A stretch of 64,000 nt of DNA from Camelus ferus (lineage: Eukaryota): the NCBI RefSeq assembly GCF_009834535.1, contig NC_045697.1:64854001-64918000 (forward strand), read 5' to 3'. Shown piece after piece: positions 1-12,584 of the stretch. The notes beneath the pieces were generated by a model. That model worked only from the letters and a program-made list of their open reading frames with translations, was not told where the DNA came from and made no database searches. Both the position numbers and the translations under genes were made by a program. The number at the start of each line of letters is the position of its first letter. The first letter of the stretch is position 1.

Positions 1-3000
1 GTTCTAATGAAAGGAATGATCGAAATGAGAAATGCTTCTTTTTGCTTTGAGACTAAAAGAGCACTTATTTTTGCTTCAGTTCTTTTTGCTTCCTTCTCAG
101 TGGCCCAGGGACCTGGGTGGGCTTATATAATGTACAGATAAAAAGGAAATGCCTGTCTACTCTCTGACACCCAGCCTCTTTCACCAAAGAAAGTTGTGAA
201 CATTAATTAATGTGATTTACTCAGCTCCTCCAAACACAAATGCTGTCTGGGCCAGACCTAATGGGACTTCAGCTTTGCCTTTACCAGCATGGCTAATCGA
301 AATCCCTGTGCAATCCTTTTTCTGGCTTCACTGTGTGCTCAGCAGACACACTTATTTCCTTTGAACATTTCTTTCTGACGAATATGGTGCCAAAGTTATA
401 CATATGGGGATCCACATTTTAATGAAATGAAGTATTTTAATAGAAGAATTAAAAGCATTCATCACTAACTACTGAAATGACCGTCTAGCTACCAGCATAA
501 CAAAAATAAGGACTGTCCTGCTTAAATTGCTACTTAAATCGTGAGCACTCTACTCTGAATGAGTATCATTTGTTTAATCAATTATATTCTCATGGACTCA
601 GACCATATGACTTACAGATATATTTAATACAATTTTAACCATAAATGGCATTTTTAACTTTAGATTTAATATTTTATAATAATTATAATAAAGACTAAAA
701 CTTCTTTTTAATGTAAACATGTAGGAAGAAATGAATTATTAGCCTAATAACTAAATGATGTCATAAACAGTCACAGTATATTAGCATACTCCACAGCTGT
801 TTGGAGATAAAATTTACAGAATCAGAGTCTTAGTTTTCTTTCTCCTACCACTGTATTTTACATGTCTGAACAAAGATTCACATCTACAAGTTATTCCAAT
901 TTGCCGGAGCATGCACAGATCTTCAGATACAAATTTCAACTAATTATATTCAGAACAAAATGAAAATGCTCTGAATGACAATGAGGGAGACTCCTTTATC
1001 AAAGCCTGTGTCAAGAGAAGACTATCAGCTTTTTCTCAAAAAAAAAAATTAATTAATCTCACATAACTAAACTGAGGAAAAATAGAACTCTCTTCCTGTT
1101 TCTTTCTTTTTCTGTCGGCTATAGATAAAATTAACTTTGGAATTAAAAGGAGGCATGCTTTATTTTAAACATTTTACCCATCCTAATTGTAATTTAGTCA
1201 AATAAATACACAGTGGTATAATTTAAGCTGGTACCATATAAAGTACAAACATACTTTTAAAGCATTAAGAGGATCTTGCATATCTATTCAACAATTTTAT
1301 GGTATGAGTATATACGTATTTTAGTGGAGCAGAAAAATAATGAAAAAATGTGAATCAGGAAAAAACAGCATCATCAAATTCAGCTTGTATTTGAGAAGTA
1401 ACAGACAAAAAAATGTAAGTGAAGAGATTAAAGGGAAAAAAATTAAGTGACAGTCCAGACCCTAGGAAGGCACACAAGCAAATAAATACAACAAGAATCC
1501 AAGAATATGATTCACATTGGTTAGTGTGATACCGATAGATGATTCAGATGAGGAATGCTTTGTAGCCATTCCTTACCACCAGCTTTTCAAATGTCCCTGA
1601 ATAACCACTTTTTCTTTTCTAAAATTTGGGTCTTAATTAAAAGCAAACCTTTCTTGTACTGTTTGAAAGAAATAGTACAACAATTTATTATTAGGATACT
1701 GCAGCCCATTTCCTGACATCTTTTATTTGATAATTGGAAATTCAGTACTATAAGCTGCCGACAAATTGATGGTGTATAGAAAAAAAGTAATGTGTTATGT
1801 ACATTTCAATTTTTGTGTGCTCCATATTATTTTGCTTCAAAATATACATTTTCATAAATTATCTTTTTAGAACTTGCATATAACAACTTTTATCTTATCC
1901 CTGTATTGTTTATGTCATCTTCTAAAAATAATGACTCTAATTGACAAAATAAAGAGTTCTTTAAAACACAAGTCCTCAGATTAATACTCCTCCCAGAAGT
2001 GACACATTTCTCAGAATTTTAGTATGTGATTTATTGATTTTCATTGCATGGGAGAGTTCACAGGAAATTGTCTTCCATAGAGGGTGACAGAGTAAATGTA
2101 TGCTTAGAGTGATATGTGGTATTAGGACTACTTTCTATGATGAGATTGTGATGATTTTAAAATTTTAGTGCATTTTGAAACATTTCTGTAATTGTTAACC
2201 ATATGCTGTTACACAAACCAATTTCACTAAGTTTTCTTTTCCTGTTACTGGGTTGGAATGATTAGGAAGGATTTTATTGTCATGGTAGGGGTAATGAAGT
2301 TGTTAGCATGTACTGTTTTCAGGTATTGTTAGTAATTTTGTGAGTTAGTTATAACTTATTTACACTTGGAAGAAATATATGGAGAACAATGAATAGTAGC
2401 TTCTCAACAATTTGAAACACTATCTGGTAGTGACATTAAAAACACTCTAGTTGTTTCTATACTACTTTCTCCTTGATTTTTTTGGTACCATGCAGCTCTG
2501 TTCTAACAAATTACAATCTCATGTGGATGAAAAAATAAAAGTGGATTTGCTTTTAAAGAACATGGGGTATGAATTTAATACTAAAGTTATGTAAGAAATA
2601 AAATTATATGCTATGAAAGTAAAATAATATGGCATTTCAAAGCTTTCATATCAAAAATAAATATCATTGCCATTGAAGTCACTACCTTGGAAGTAGTTTT
2701 GATTTAGTTATTGCCATTTGCATGCTTTTTAAAAGCAACAATTGATAGTAACATTGATATCCCCTTTTTAAAGGAGAGAGAAATGAGGGAAGGGAATATT
2801 GGGGAAGGATGTTATATAAGAAACTCATTGGTTGCTTAAATAGAGCTTCATGTGTTAGCAATTACATTACTTTGGTGGGGAATCAAAACAAACTGGTTTT
2901 CAGCTTTACAGTTACAGAATTTAGAATACTTCAAAAAGAATAATGAATACTCAAAAATATTTTCATTTAAGTGGACTCACATTAATAATCTTGGAAGAGA

Positions 3001-4181
3001 TTACTTTATAAATAAAAATCCTAATCCATTATTCCCATGTAGTTACCAAAATAGTTTTAATCCATCACCTGAATGTTTCTTTCCTGATTAGTACTTAAGA
3101 AAACTAAATAACCAATGACAAAGCATTTAGGGACAATGGGGAAAAAAGATAATCTGAAAGGATAATACCTTGAGCTTGAGGTTTGAAAGAATAAATCCAT
3201 TTCTGTCCCACAGCCAGTGCTCTCCAGTACACAAAGTACTTAAGTGTACAGACCCATTAACACTCCTGGAAAATACTTGCTAGTACTTGTCAAATTCTCA
3301 ACCTTTAGATCTGTTTCTGTAATCAGCATATAGGTAGACCATTTTTCTTCAGTTAGCACATTCTTTCTTCATATAAGGTGCAACAAAATTTATTAAGTTC
3401 ACTTTCTTGCTTGTAAACAGATTCTTAACATTGACACTGGCATTAGACTGTTACCTTGGTTGAACCTCTTCTGTGTTCTCAAATTTTGTAACAGCATATT
3501 TGCATGAAAACTTGTGGGTTATTCTTCTAGATGATGGAGAATAGCCATGAAGAGATTAGCCTTCCTACTTTCATGCTGAAAATTCTAAAAGTTTCTTAGT
3601 GTGAAAATGATGTATGCAGTACTTATGTTCTGCAGTATGTCATACATAAAAGTTTCTTATGCTAATCATAATAGTATATGTGAAAGAAAAGACCAAAGTT
3701 GGGTGTAAAACAAACTTAAGAAAAGATCAATTTTATTAAGGAAGAAATGCTATCAAACAGTAGTTACCTATTATAGGAGGATCTAAAGAACAGAAACAGA
3801 TTCTTCAAATTGCTTTACCTGACATGTTAAGAAAATAGAAGGGCTGGTTCCAGTTGAAAAATTAGCCAGAATGGAGACTCTGAAAGTTTATTTTTACTTT
3901 GGTTTATGTAAACAAACAAGAAGGAGTACAAAGATAAATAATATATGAATAAGTGAACACAGCTTTTCCATACCTCTTTAGTTCCTCACAGAGAGTGAAC
4001 CGAAATTTGGTTTTCAGTGCAGCTATTAAATAAGCCTCCCAAGTTTGATACTATTAGAACAGAGAAGGATCCATATCCTCGCTTAACCACCCGTTACTTT
4101 ATAAGTTGGTTTCTTTGCCATAGACACTAGCTAATTTATTCTGTTTCTCCCCACATCAACATTATCTATAAACCATCTTTA

Positions 4182-4206
4182 TGTGTGTGTGTGTGTGTGT
4201 GTGTGT
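4182..4206. repeat. (TG)n microsatellite, ~12 units
   Basis: Direct reading of the sequence. Confidence 0.95.
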
Positions 4207-5134
4207 ATAAAAATAAATGTATTTTCCTTGCATGTACCTAATAAGCCTCTTTGTCTCTTTATGAAAAGTGTGACTTTCTTCTATTTAATTAGATTTAAGG
4301 GAGAATATACGCTACATAAAACAAAGGATGATTCCACTGTTGTGAAATACTCTCTTCACTAGGACAAACGTATGCTTTAAAATTAGTCATTTTACTATTA
4401 GAAATTATAGCTATTATTGAGGCCATTTTGGCTAACCTTTTCAGAGGTTACTAAGTATTTTAATTTGTAACTTTTGAGATAATAATATTCTATTTTAACT
4501 ATTGTATGAGATTGTCAAATGAATGAATCTTTGAAATAGCTGTGGGCAGACTGTATATCATCATCAGCCAACATGACAGCATGGAGGCGTTATTCACATT
4601 ACTAACAACACAAGCAGAAAAGGAGAATGGAGCAGTGTTTTGTTTAACTGTTCTTTCTATTTCTTTGATGATGATGTTTAAGCATAAAAATTGGCAAAGG
4701 AGATATTCTAAGGAAATTTGAAATGTGATTGAAGTTATAACAAATTATAACCATCTTAAAATCACTCTGCTTAAACATTTCAGTGGACTTGCAGAAAAAC
4801 TTATAGCTAATAAATTCCCTAAGTTTTCTAATTCCACCTTAGTGCCAATAAGTTATCTGCTTTTATATATGAAAGTATTTTCTTTAAATGCAACTAATTT
4901 ACCTTAAGTTTCAGTTCAGAGTGATTGCTGTTAACGTAATTCTTGGTGTGGAGTTTGTGATGACAATGAGTAAGTGTCTGATTTCTTCATGAACAATTAA
5001 TTATTGGTGGTGACATGAACTACATAAATGTCCTGAAATGGGAGGAGAAATTTTTTTTCAAGTTTAACACTCATGTATATTGTCCCTTCAACTTCCAAAT
5101 CAAGCTTTCTTAATTAACCAGATTTGGAATTGTG

Positions 5135-5259
5135 TTTGTTTTTTGGGGGGGAGGTAATTATATTTATTTATTTAATTTTTAGTGGAGGTACTGGGGATTG
5201 AACTTAGGACCTTGCACATGCTAAGCAGGCACTCTACCACTGAGTTATACCAAACCCCC
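5135..5259 (-). mobile_element. tRNA-derived SINE, camelid vic-1-like
   Basis: Reverse complement reads GGGGGTTTGGTATAACTCAGTGGTAGAGTGCCTGCTTAGCATGTGCAAGGTCCTAAGTTCAATCCCCAGTACCTCC followed by an (AAAT)n tail and TTACCTCCCCCCC-A-run. It has Pol III A box (TAACTCAGTGG) and B box (GTTCAATCC). Family name is from memory. Confidence 0.85.
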
Positions 5260-6126
5260 ATGGAATATTTTTAAATTTAATGCCAGACACAACTTACATT
5301 TTATCATTAACTGGATAATAATTCTGTTGTCTTAATATTGATGTAGTTTTAATTCCTCAACTGAAGTAATGAGGTAAGTACACAAGTAAATTATTATAAA
5401 AAATTAAAGAGAGAAAATATTAGTGTAAGCATTTAAAATGGGCTTTTCTTTAGCTCATGAGCAAGGCTAAATGTGTGTTTGTCTTTCTGCATAATTTTGG
5501 TCACTTAAGCATAGCTTTGGATAACTAAAAACCACTATATACTGTAGAATCACATTTCATTCTTCATTTGTTACCCATTTTCTTTCAAAGAAAAGGGAAA
5601 GAGTTTGAAGTTTATCAAATCCTTTAAGTTGGGGAAGCCCAAAGTGGGTCTTAGTTGAAAATGAGTATTTTTTTTTTTTGTATTTTATTCTCCTGTAAAA
5701 ATCCCAGTGAGGTTCTAAATCCATCTCATCCTCATATATATTTCCCTTCTCTGAAAAGAAAGTGAATAATGATTAAGTAATGTAAGAGATAGCCAGATCA
5801 AAATAAGCTGTTGCATCCAATTTTCTTAGTAAATATTTTCAAAAGAAACTTGTACAACTGGTGAATATTGAATCCTATGCATTGAAGTTACTGGTCTCTA
5901 GGTAAATGTAAGGATGTATTTACTCCTTTAAATAGAGAATAATTTTATTATGATGATTTTCCAAAATGACTAAAAGGATTGTTAGTAAAGCAATCTCTGT
6001 ATCTGTTAAATACTTAGCTATGTTATGTTATAACTTGAGGTTGGGTACAATGAGAAAAAACCAAGAAATGCATTTTAATATATATGCAGATGAAATATAA
6101 TTTATAACTATAACTATAGTTGGGTA

Positions 6127-6145
6127 TTACTAATCACATTCAAGC

Positions 6146-6186
<41 letters not shown>

Positions 6187-6216
6187 TTAAGCTACTGTTA
6201 CTAATCACATTCAAGC

Positions 6217-6247
<31 letters not shown>

Positions 6248-6264
6248 TTTTAAGCTACTGTTAC
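6127..6264. repeat. Tandem duplication (71 bp + 63 bp), each copy containing a (CA)n tract
   Basis: TTACTAATCACATTCAAGCAAA-(AC)18-TTTTAAGCTACTG is followed by the same unit with (AC)14, then TTAC. Confidence 0.95.
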
Positions 6265-7379
6265 CACTGTGGCATTCCTAGTCTCTCTAGATACTACTTT
6301 GGAAAGCCAGGGAAAAAGAACAAGAAAAGCCAGTGGCAAGTGTTAAAATGTATCTATTAGACTTAGAATTTTGTCAGTGGAACATGATTGCAAGGCATTT
6401 TTGCTTCCAATAAGCATGGCATAAAGCACAAGCGTGCATAAGGAAAAATAGGGTGAGATGAACTTAAGGAGTATCTGGAAAATGTATTATAAATCAGTGG
6501 TTTGCTAAGTTTTAAATTGGCTTTTAAAAACTAATGAAAGAATATTTGGAATTTCCTGGAGTGCTTATTGTATCAGATATATTGCTGTAGAAAAGTATAT
6601 ATTCTTTTGTTTAATAAAAAGTCTGTTGTTCGCTAATGTATTAAAATATAATATTGAGAAATTTAAATAGATCTCTATTATGAAGTTAAAATTTACCTTC
6701 TGAGTAACAAAACTTCACTTGTTATTTTAAGTTCACAAGATACTGTGCCATTGAGGTGATTGAATACAATGGACGCAAAGTGGTCAAACATTGATTAACT
6801 TCATGTAGTTCATATGTTGGGGGCTGAAGCCTAACTCTTCAGGCACTACTCACATACAAAGCCCAGCTCTTCAGCTTAATATAAGTGAAGCGACTTGAGA
6901 TATTAAAAAATGCCAGTCTCTTGACTGACAAAAATAGGAAATGACAGGAATAATTTCAAATAGATCCTAGCAAATTAAGCATAATATTTATTAATAGCAT
7001 CATCTTTGTTAATAAGGAGCAGCATATTAATAAGTACTGGGCAAACAAAATGGACTTCAGAGATCAGATAAACTATGCAAATGGATGAAGGTCATCATAT
7101 CAAATTATGAAAGGTTAGAGATAACATTATTTTAGAGGCTTAAATATACTGGTTGGTAAGTAACTGAGAAATTCAAAAGCATCTTCTCTTGGCTCTGAAG
7201 ATTATCCCATGCAGTGGAAATATGCATGTGCCTTAAGTTGATTATCAGTATACTTACTAAAATCTAGTGTGTAGGCAGTTACTGCCTCATATTTTACCAT
7301 CTTTGTTGGAAATAATGACTTTACAAGGATATCCTGTTTTGTTTGTGTTTGTTTCCAGGTTTTTTGTTTTTGCCGTAAA

Positions 7380-10300
7380 TTTTTTTTTTTATTTTTAGAA
7401 AATACACGTAACATAAAATTTACCCTCTTAACAATATTGAAGTGTACATATTTAAATATTTGTATATATGTGTACATACATCTCTTTGAGACCCTGCTTT
7501 CATTGTTTTAGTATACATACCCAGAAGTAAAACTGCAGGATCACATATTAATACTTTTTTAATTTTTAATTTTTGAGGAATCCCATACTGTTCTCTGCAG
7601 AAGCTGTACTGTTTTATATTCCCACCTAGAGTGAACAAGTGTCCAGTTTCTCCACATGCTCTGCAACACTTGTTATTTTATGTTTTTTTTTTTTTTTATG
7701 GTAGTCATCCTGTTGGTGTGCAGTGGTATTTCATTGTAGTTTAGATTTGCATTTCCCTAACAGTTAGTGATGCTAAAAATTTTTTTCATGGGTTCTTGGC
7801 CATATGTATATTGTCTTTGGAGAAATGTTTGAGTCCTTTACTTGCTTTGAATTAGGTGAATAGCTATTGTGTTGTTGAGTTTTACGTGTTCTTTATATAT
7901 ATTCTGGATATTAATCTCTTATTAGATATACGCTTTGCAAATATTTTCTCCCATTCTTTGGGTTGTCTTCTTACTCTGTTTCCTTTTTGTATTCTGTATC
8001 TTTTGCACAAAATTTTAAAATTTTCATGAAGTTCATTTTGTCTATTTTTTCTTTTGTTGCCTGAGCCTTTGATGACATAGCCAAGAAATTGTTGCCAAAT
8101 ACAATGTCCTGAAACTTTTGTCCTACGTTTTCTCCTAAAAGTTTTATGGTTTTAGGTCTTAGATTTGTTTTGGGGACATTTTGAGTTAATGTTTGTGTAT
8201 GGCGTAAGGTAAAGGTCCAACTTCATTTTTACTGCATGTAGATATCTAATTTCCCCAGCAACATTTGTTGAAAGCTCTGTTATTTCCACATTGAATAGTC
8301 TTGGCCTCCTTGTCTAAAATCATTTGACTGTGTAATCAAATGTTTACTTCTGGCTTCTGTATTCTGTTCTATTAGTCTATATGTCTGTTTTAAAGTCAGT
8401 ATTGCACTATTTTGATTACTGTAGCTTTATAGTAAGTTTTGAAATCAGAAAGTGTGAGTCACCTAGTTTGTTCTTTTTCAAGATTGATTTCATCGTTTGT
8501 GATTCCTGGAGATTCCATATAAATTTTAGGATAGATTCTCCTATTTTTGCAAATAGTTTTTGGAATTTTGATAGGGGCTGCATTGAATCTGTAGGTTGCT
8601 TTGGGTAGTACTGACATCTTTAAAACATTAAGACTTCCAGTCCATAAACATGGGATGTATTTCATTTTATTTATGTCTTTAATTCTTTCAGGAATGTTTT
8701 GTAGTTGTCATTATACAAGTCCATCACCTCCTTGATTACATTCATTCTTAAGAGTTTTATTCTTTTCGATGCTATTGTAAATGGAATTGTTTTCTTTATT
8801 TCCTTTTCAGACTGTTCATTGTTAATGTATAGAAATGCAACTTATTTTTGTGTTTGTTTACTCTGCATATTTCCTAACTTGACTTAATCTGTTTATGTGT
8901 ACTAATAATTTTTGTCGATCCTTGGAATTTTCTGTGTATAAGATCATATCATCTGTGAACAGAAATAATTTTCTTTCTTTCTTTCCAATTTGAATGCCTT
9001 TTATTTGTATTGCCCAATTGCACTGGCTAAAACTTTGAGCATTGTATTAAATAAAAAGTGGTGGAAGTGGGCATCCTTGCCATGTTCCTCATCTTAGAAG
9101 AAATTTTTTCATCTTTCCATTGAGTGTGATGCTTAATGTGGATTTTTCCATATATGACTTTTATTATGTTGAGGTAGTTTCCTTCTAGTCCTAATTTGTT
9201 GAGTGTTTTTATCATGAAAAGGTGTTGAATTTTGTCAAATGCTTTTGTCAAATGCATCAATTGAGATGATCCTGTGTTTTTTCCTCTTCATTCTATTAAT
9301 GGTACACTGATTGATTTTGAACCATGCTTGCATCCCAGGAACATATCCCACTTAATCAGTGTATAATCCTTTCAATATGCTACTGAATTTGGTATGCTGG
9401 TGTTTTCTTGAGAGTTTTTACATCAACATTCAAAGAAGTTATGGTTTTATTTTCTTGTAGTGTTTTTGTCTGGTGCTGGTGTCAGGGTAACAGTGGCCTT
9501 GAGGATTAGGAGGTGTTGCCTCCTCTTCAGTGTTTTAGAAAATTTTGACAAGGGTTTGTGTTTGTTCTTTAAATGTCTGTTAGGACTCACCAGTGAAGAC
9601 ATCAGGTCCAGGACTTTTATTTTTCAGAATATTTTTGATTACTGATTAAATCTCCTTACTAGTTATAGGTTTATTCCAATTTTCTATTTCTTTGTGAATT
9701 GGTCTTTGTATGTTTTATGTTTCCAAAACTTTATTCATTTCATCCATATATCCAGTTTGTTTATATAAAATTATTTATACTGCTCTCTTATGATCCTTTT
9801 TATTTTTGTAGACTCAACAGTAATGTCCTCACTTGAATTTTTTATTTAAATAACTTGAATCCTCTCTCTCTGTTTCTTAGTTGGTCTAGCCAAAGATTTG
9901 TCAATTTTGTTTATCTTTTTCCACAACCAACTTTCGGTTTCATCGATTTTTTCATATTGTTTTTTTATTTTCTATTTGTTTTCTCTCTGCTCTAATGTTT
10001 ATTATTTGTATCCTATGCAAAGCTTTGAGTTTAGTTTTTTCTTCTTTTTCTAGTTCTTAAGTTGTAAAAATGAGTTGTAGATTTAGATCTTTCTTTTTTT
10101 TAATATGAGATTTTAACATGAGATTTTATCAATTTCCTCATTAGCACTGCTTTCACTTTGTCCTATAAATTGGTATATTTTGCTTTCATCTTCATTTGTC
10201 TGAGTATTTTCTCATTTCTCTTGTAATTTCTTCTTTGATCCATGGTTGTTTAAGAGTGTGTTGTTTAATACCCACACTTCTGTAAATTTTCCCATTTTCC

Positions 10301-10880
10301 AACTTCATGCTGTTGTGGTTGGGGAAGATACTTTGTATGATATCTATCTTTCAAAATCCATTGAGACTTAATTTTCTGGTCTTTAATGTCTAGCTTCTAA
10401 AAGGGGAAAAGGGAGGGGTAGGAGAATGAAGGGTACAAAACAGTACCGGCTCTTTAAATACCTTGGGATTCACTTCATCTAGAGGAAGATGACTTTGCAA
10501 CAGTGAGAGGACGTACAAAAACATTAGCTCTCTGCCTCTGTCTCAGCATCTCTGTTTTGAAGTAGTGATCAGTGATCAGAACATAGATTCCCAATATTGG
10601 GAGGATTGGTCCTTATTGCCCACCCTGGTTCCCTCAAACTGCATGCAAATCATTATAGGAGCACATACACTGCAACCTGCCTTCGGGCTGCGGACTGGGT
10701 AGCCACTGCTTAGTTGAGAGCTGAATTTCACTTACCATTCAAGCCTTTCTCTGGAAGTTGCAGTACTTCAATATGTCCCTGTGTTCCAACGTAGATACCT
10801 GAGACAGATTCTGCCAGTATAATTGGGTGAAAGATGGAATCCTAGTGCTTCCTACTCCACCATCTTCCCATAATTCTCTC
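7380..10880 (-). mobile_element. Old degenerate LINE-1 (L1M/L1MB-like): 3' end, most of ORF2 and a 5'UTR-like terminus; ORF1 not seen
   Basis: Poly-T and L1 3'-end motif at 7380-7450. ORF2 peptides [15 protein letters not shown] (8459-8665) and [29 protein letters not shown] (9027-9260). L1 start-like GGAAGATGGTGGAGTAGGAAG on the minus strand at 10848-10868. Confidence 0.88.
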
Positions 10881-12150
10881 CTGTCTTGGGTTTTTAACAT
10901 TATTGGATTAAAAAAAAAAAACTCTCCTTAATCATTTTAAGAATAATGCAACGTTGGGTAAGACTAGAGATAGACCAACATGAATTATTTGCATTGTAAT
11001 TATAAATCCATGAATCCCATAATATAAAAATTTAAAATTGTTATAATATAAAAATTAAAATTTCTTATTTATAGATTGCAGATCTGTTTTTTAAAAAATC
11101 TATACTGTGTTTTGTAGTCCATTATAAAAGTATGAATTCAGCTTGATTCATCCTTCCTCTGAAATCTTTATTTCACTTATGCTTAGAAGATACACATTGT
11201 TAAAATTGAAGCTAGTGACTACATTTACTATTTTCTGTTCACATACAGCTCAAGAATAAATAAATGGCGATAGCCATCTTACACTCTAAGGAGGTGCTCC
11301 ATGAATGCTATTTCAGTGCATACCTCTTTTTGTGTACAATGTATGTACTTATAAAATTTTATTAACTTGGCAGAGCCCACGGTGTCTAAAAACTCTTTGA
11401 AGAAAAATGTAGAAAACACAGCTGCTGAGATAAAAAATTACAGAGAAGTTTTGGAATGAATTTTTATAATTCCTTATTAAAATGAACCCCATTCTCTTGT
11501 TGAAAACTACATTTGACCAATTGATGTTTAACTTAAATAAGTTGATTACCTTCTAAAAACAAACAGTGAGATAGCTAAAATATATTTAGTTCTACTTCCT
11601 AAACTTTAAGAATGAATGCACTTTTTCTTAGTGATTATGGCCTTTCCTTCATGTACTCCCCATGCCACTAGAAATTGGGAACTTTATGCATTTTGTACTA
11701 TAGGTGCCATGAAACTAAAAAAAGCAGAAATGCTCTCCTTATCCTTTCCAGGTCATTAAATGTGATCAGTAATAAAGCTTAAGTGAAACAGTTTGTTACC
11801 GTGGAAGCTCCTGGTACTGCTCTATAGTCATGAGGTCAGATTCTACAGTGTCAAGGAAAATCAACCTAATGAAGCAATTTAATTAAAATTAATTGAGTAT
11901 GATTCTGTCACTTAACTGAAATTGATGTAGGGTTATTTTCAACATTTTCTTTGCTTAAGGTGAAACTTCATTTCCATACTCTTCCTCAGTATTCTTTTAG
12001 AATGGGCAGTTTTGATAGATAATGATAGTTCATAGAACTTACCAAAGTAGAAGACCTTTGAGGTCATTTACTGTACCACATGTTGAGATAGGATTATTCT
12101 TTTGTTCCTTTTTGGTCTCTCATATCCCTCCTGCATGTAGTTCTTTAATT

Positions 12151-12584
12151 AAGCCAGAAAGAGAAAGAAAAATACCATATGATATCACTCATATGTGGAA
12201 CCTTAAAAAAAAAGGACACTATGAACTCATCTGAAAAACAGAAACACTCTCAGACATAGTAAACAATCTTATGCTTACCAGGGAAGGTGTGTGGGAAGGG
12301 ATAAATTTGGGAGTTTGAGATTTGCAAATGTTAACCACTATATAAAAAAATTAGATTAAAAAATAAATTTCATCTGTACAGCACTGGGAACTATTATGTT
12401 CAATATCTTGTAATAACCTTTAATGAAAAAGAATATGGAAACAAATATATGTATGTATATGTGTGATTGGGGCATTGTGCTATATGCCAGAAATTGACAC
12501 ATTGTAGCTGACTGTACTTTAATAAATTTTTTTTTAAAAAACAAATAAAAATAGAAAGTATACCAGTTTTACAAAAAAAAAAAA
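12151..12584 (+). mobile_element. 5'-truncated lineage-specific L1 3' end (ORF2 C-terminal tip and 3'UTR)
   Basis: AGCCAGAAAGAGAAAGAAAAATACCATATGATATCACTCATATGTGG is closely similar to the L1 3' ends at ~25.6-26.0 kb and ~47.8 kb. A-rich tail present. Confidence 0.9.

Noticed and set aside
5185..5259. tRNA-like sequence
   Set aside because: It is a SINE head with an AT-rich tail and no proper acceptor stem, not a tRNA gene.
6127..6264. Repeat-spacer-repeat pattern reminiscent of CRISPR
   Set aside because: Only two units, the 'spacers' are (CA)n, the context is mammalian and there are no cas genes.
11730..11840. Strong acceptor CTCTCCTTATCCTTTCCAG
   Set aside because: Stops occur in all three frames soon afterwards and the donor is weak.
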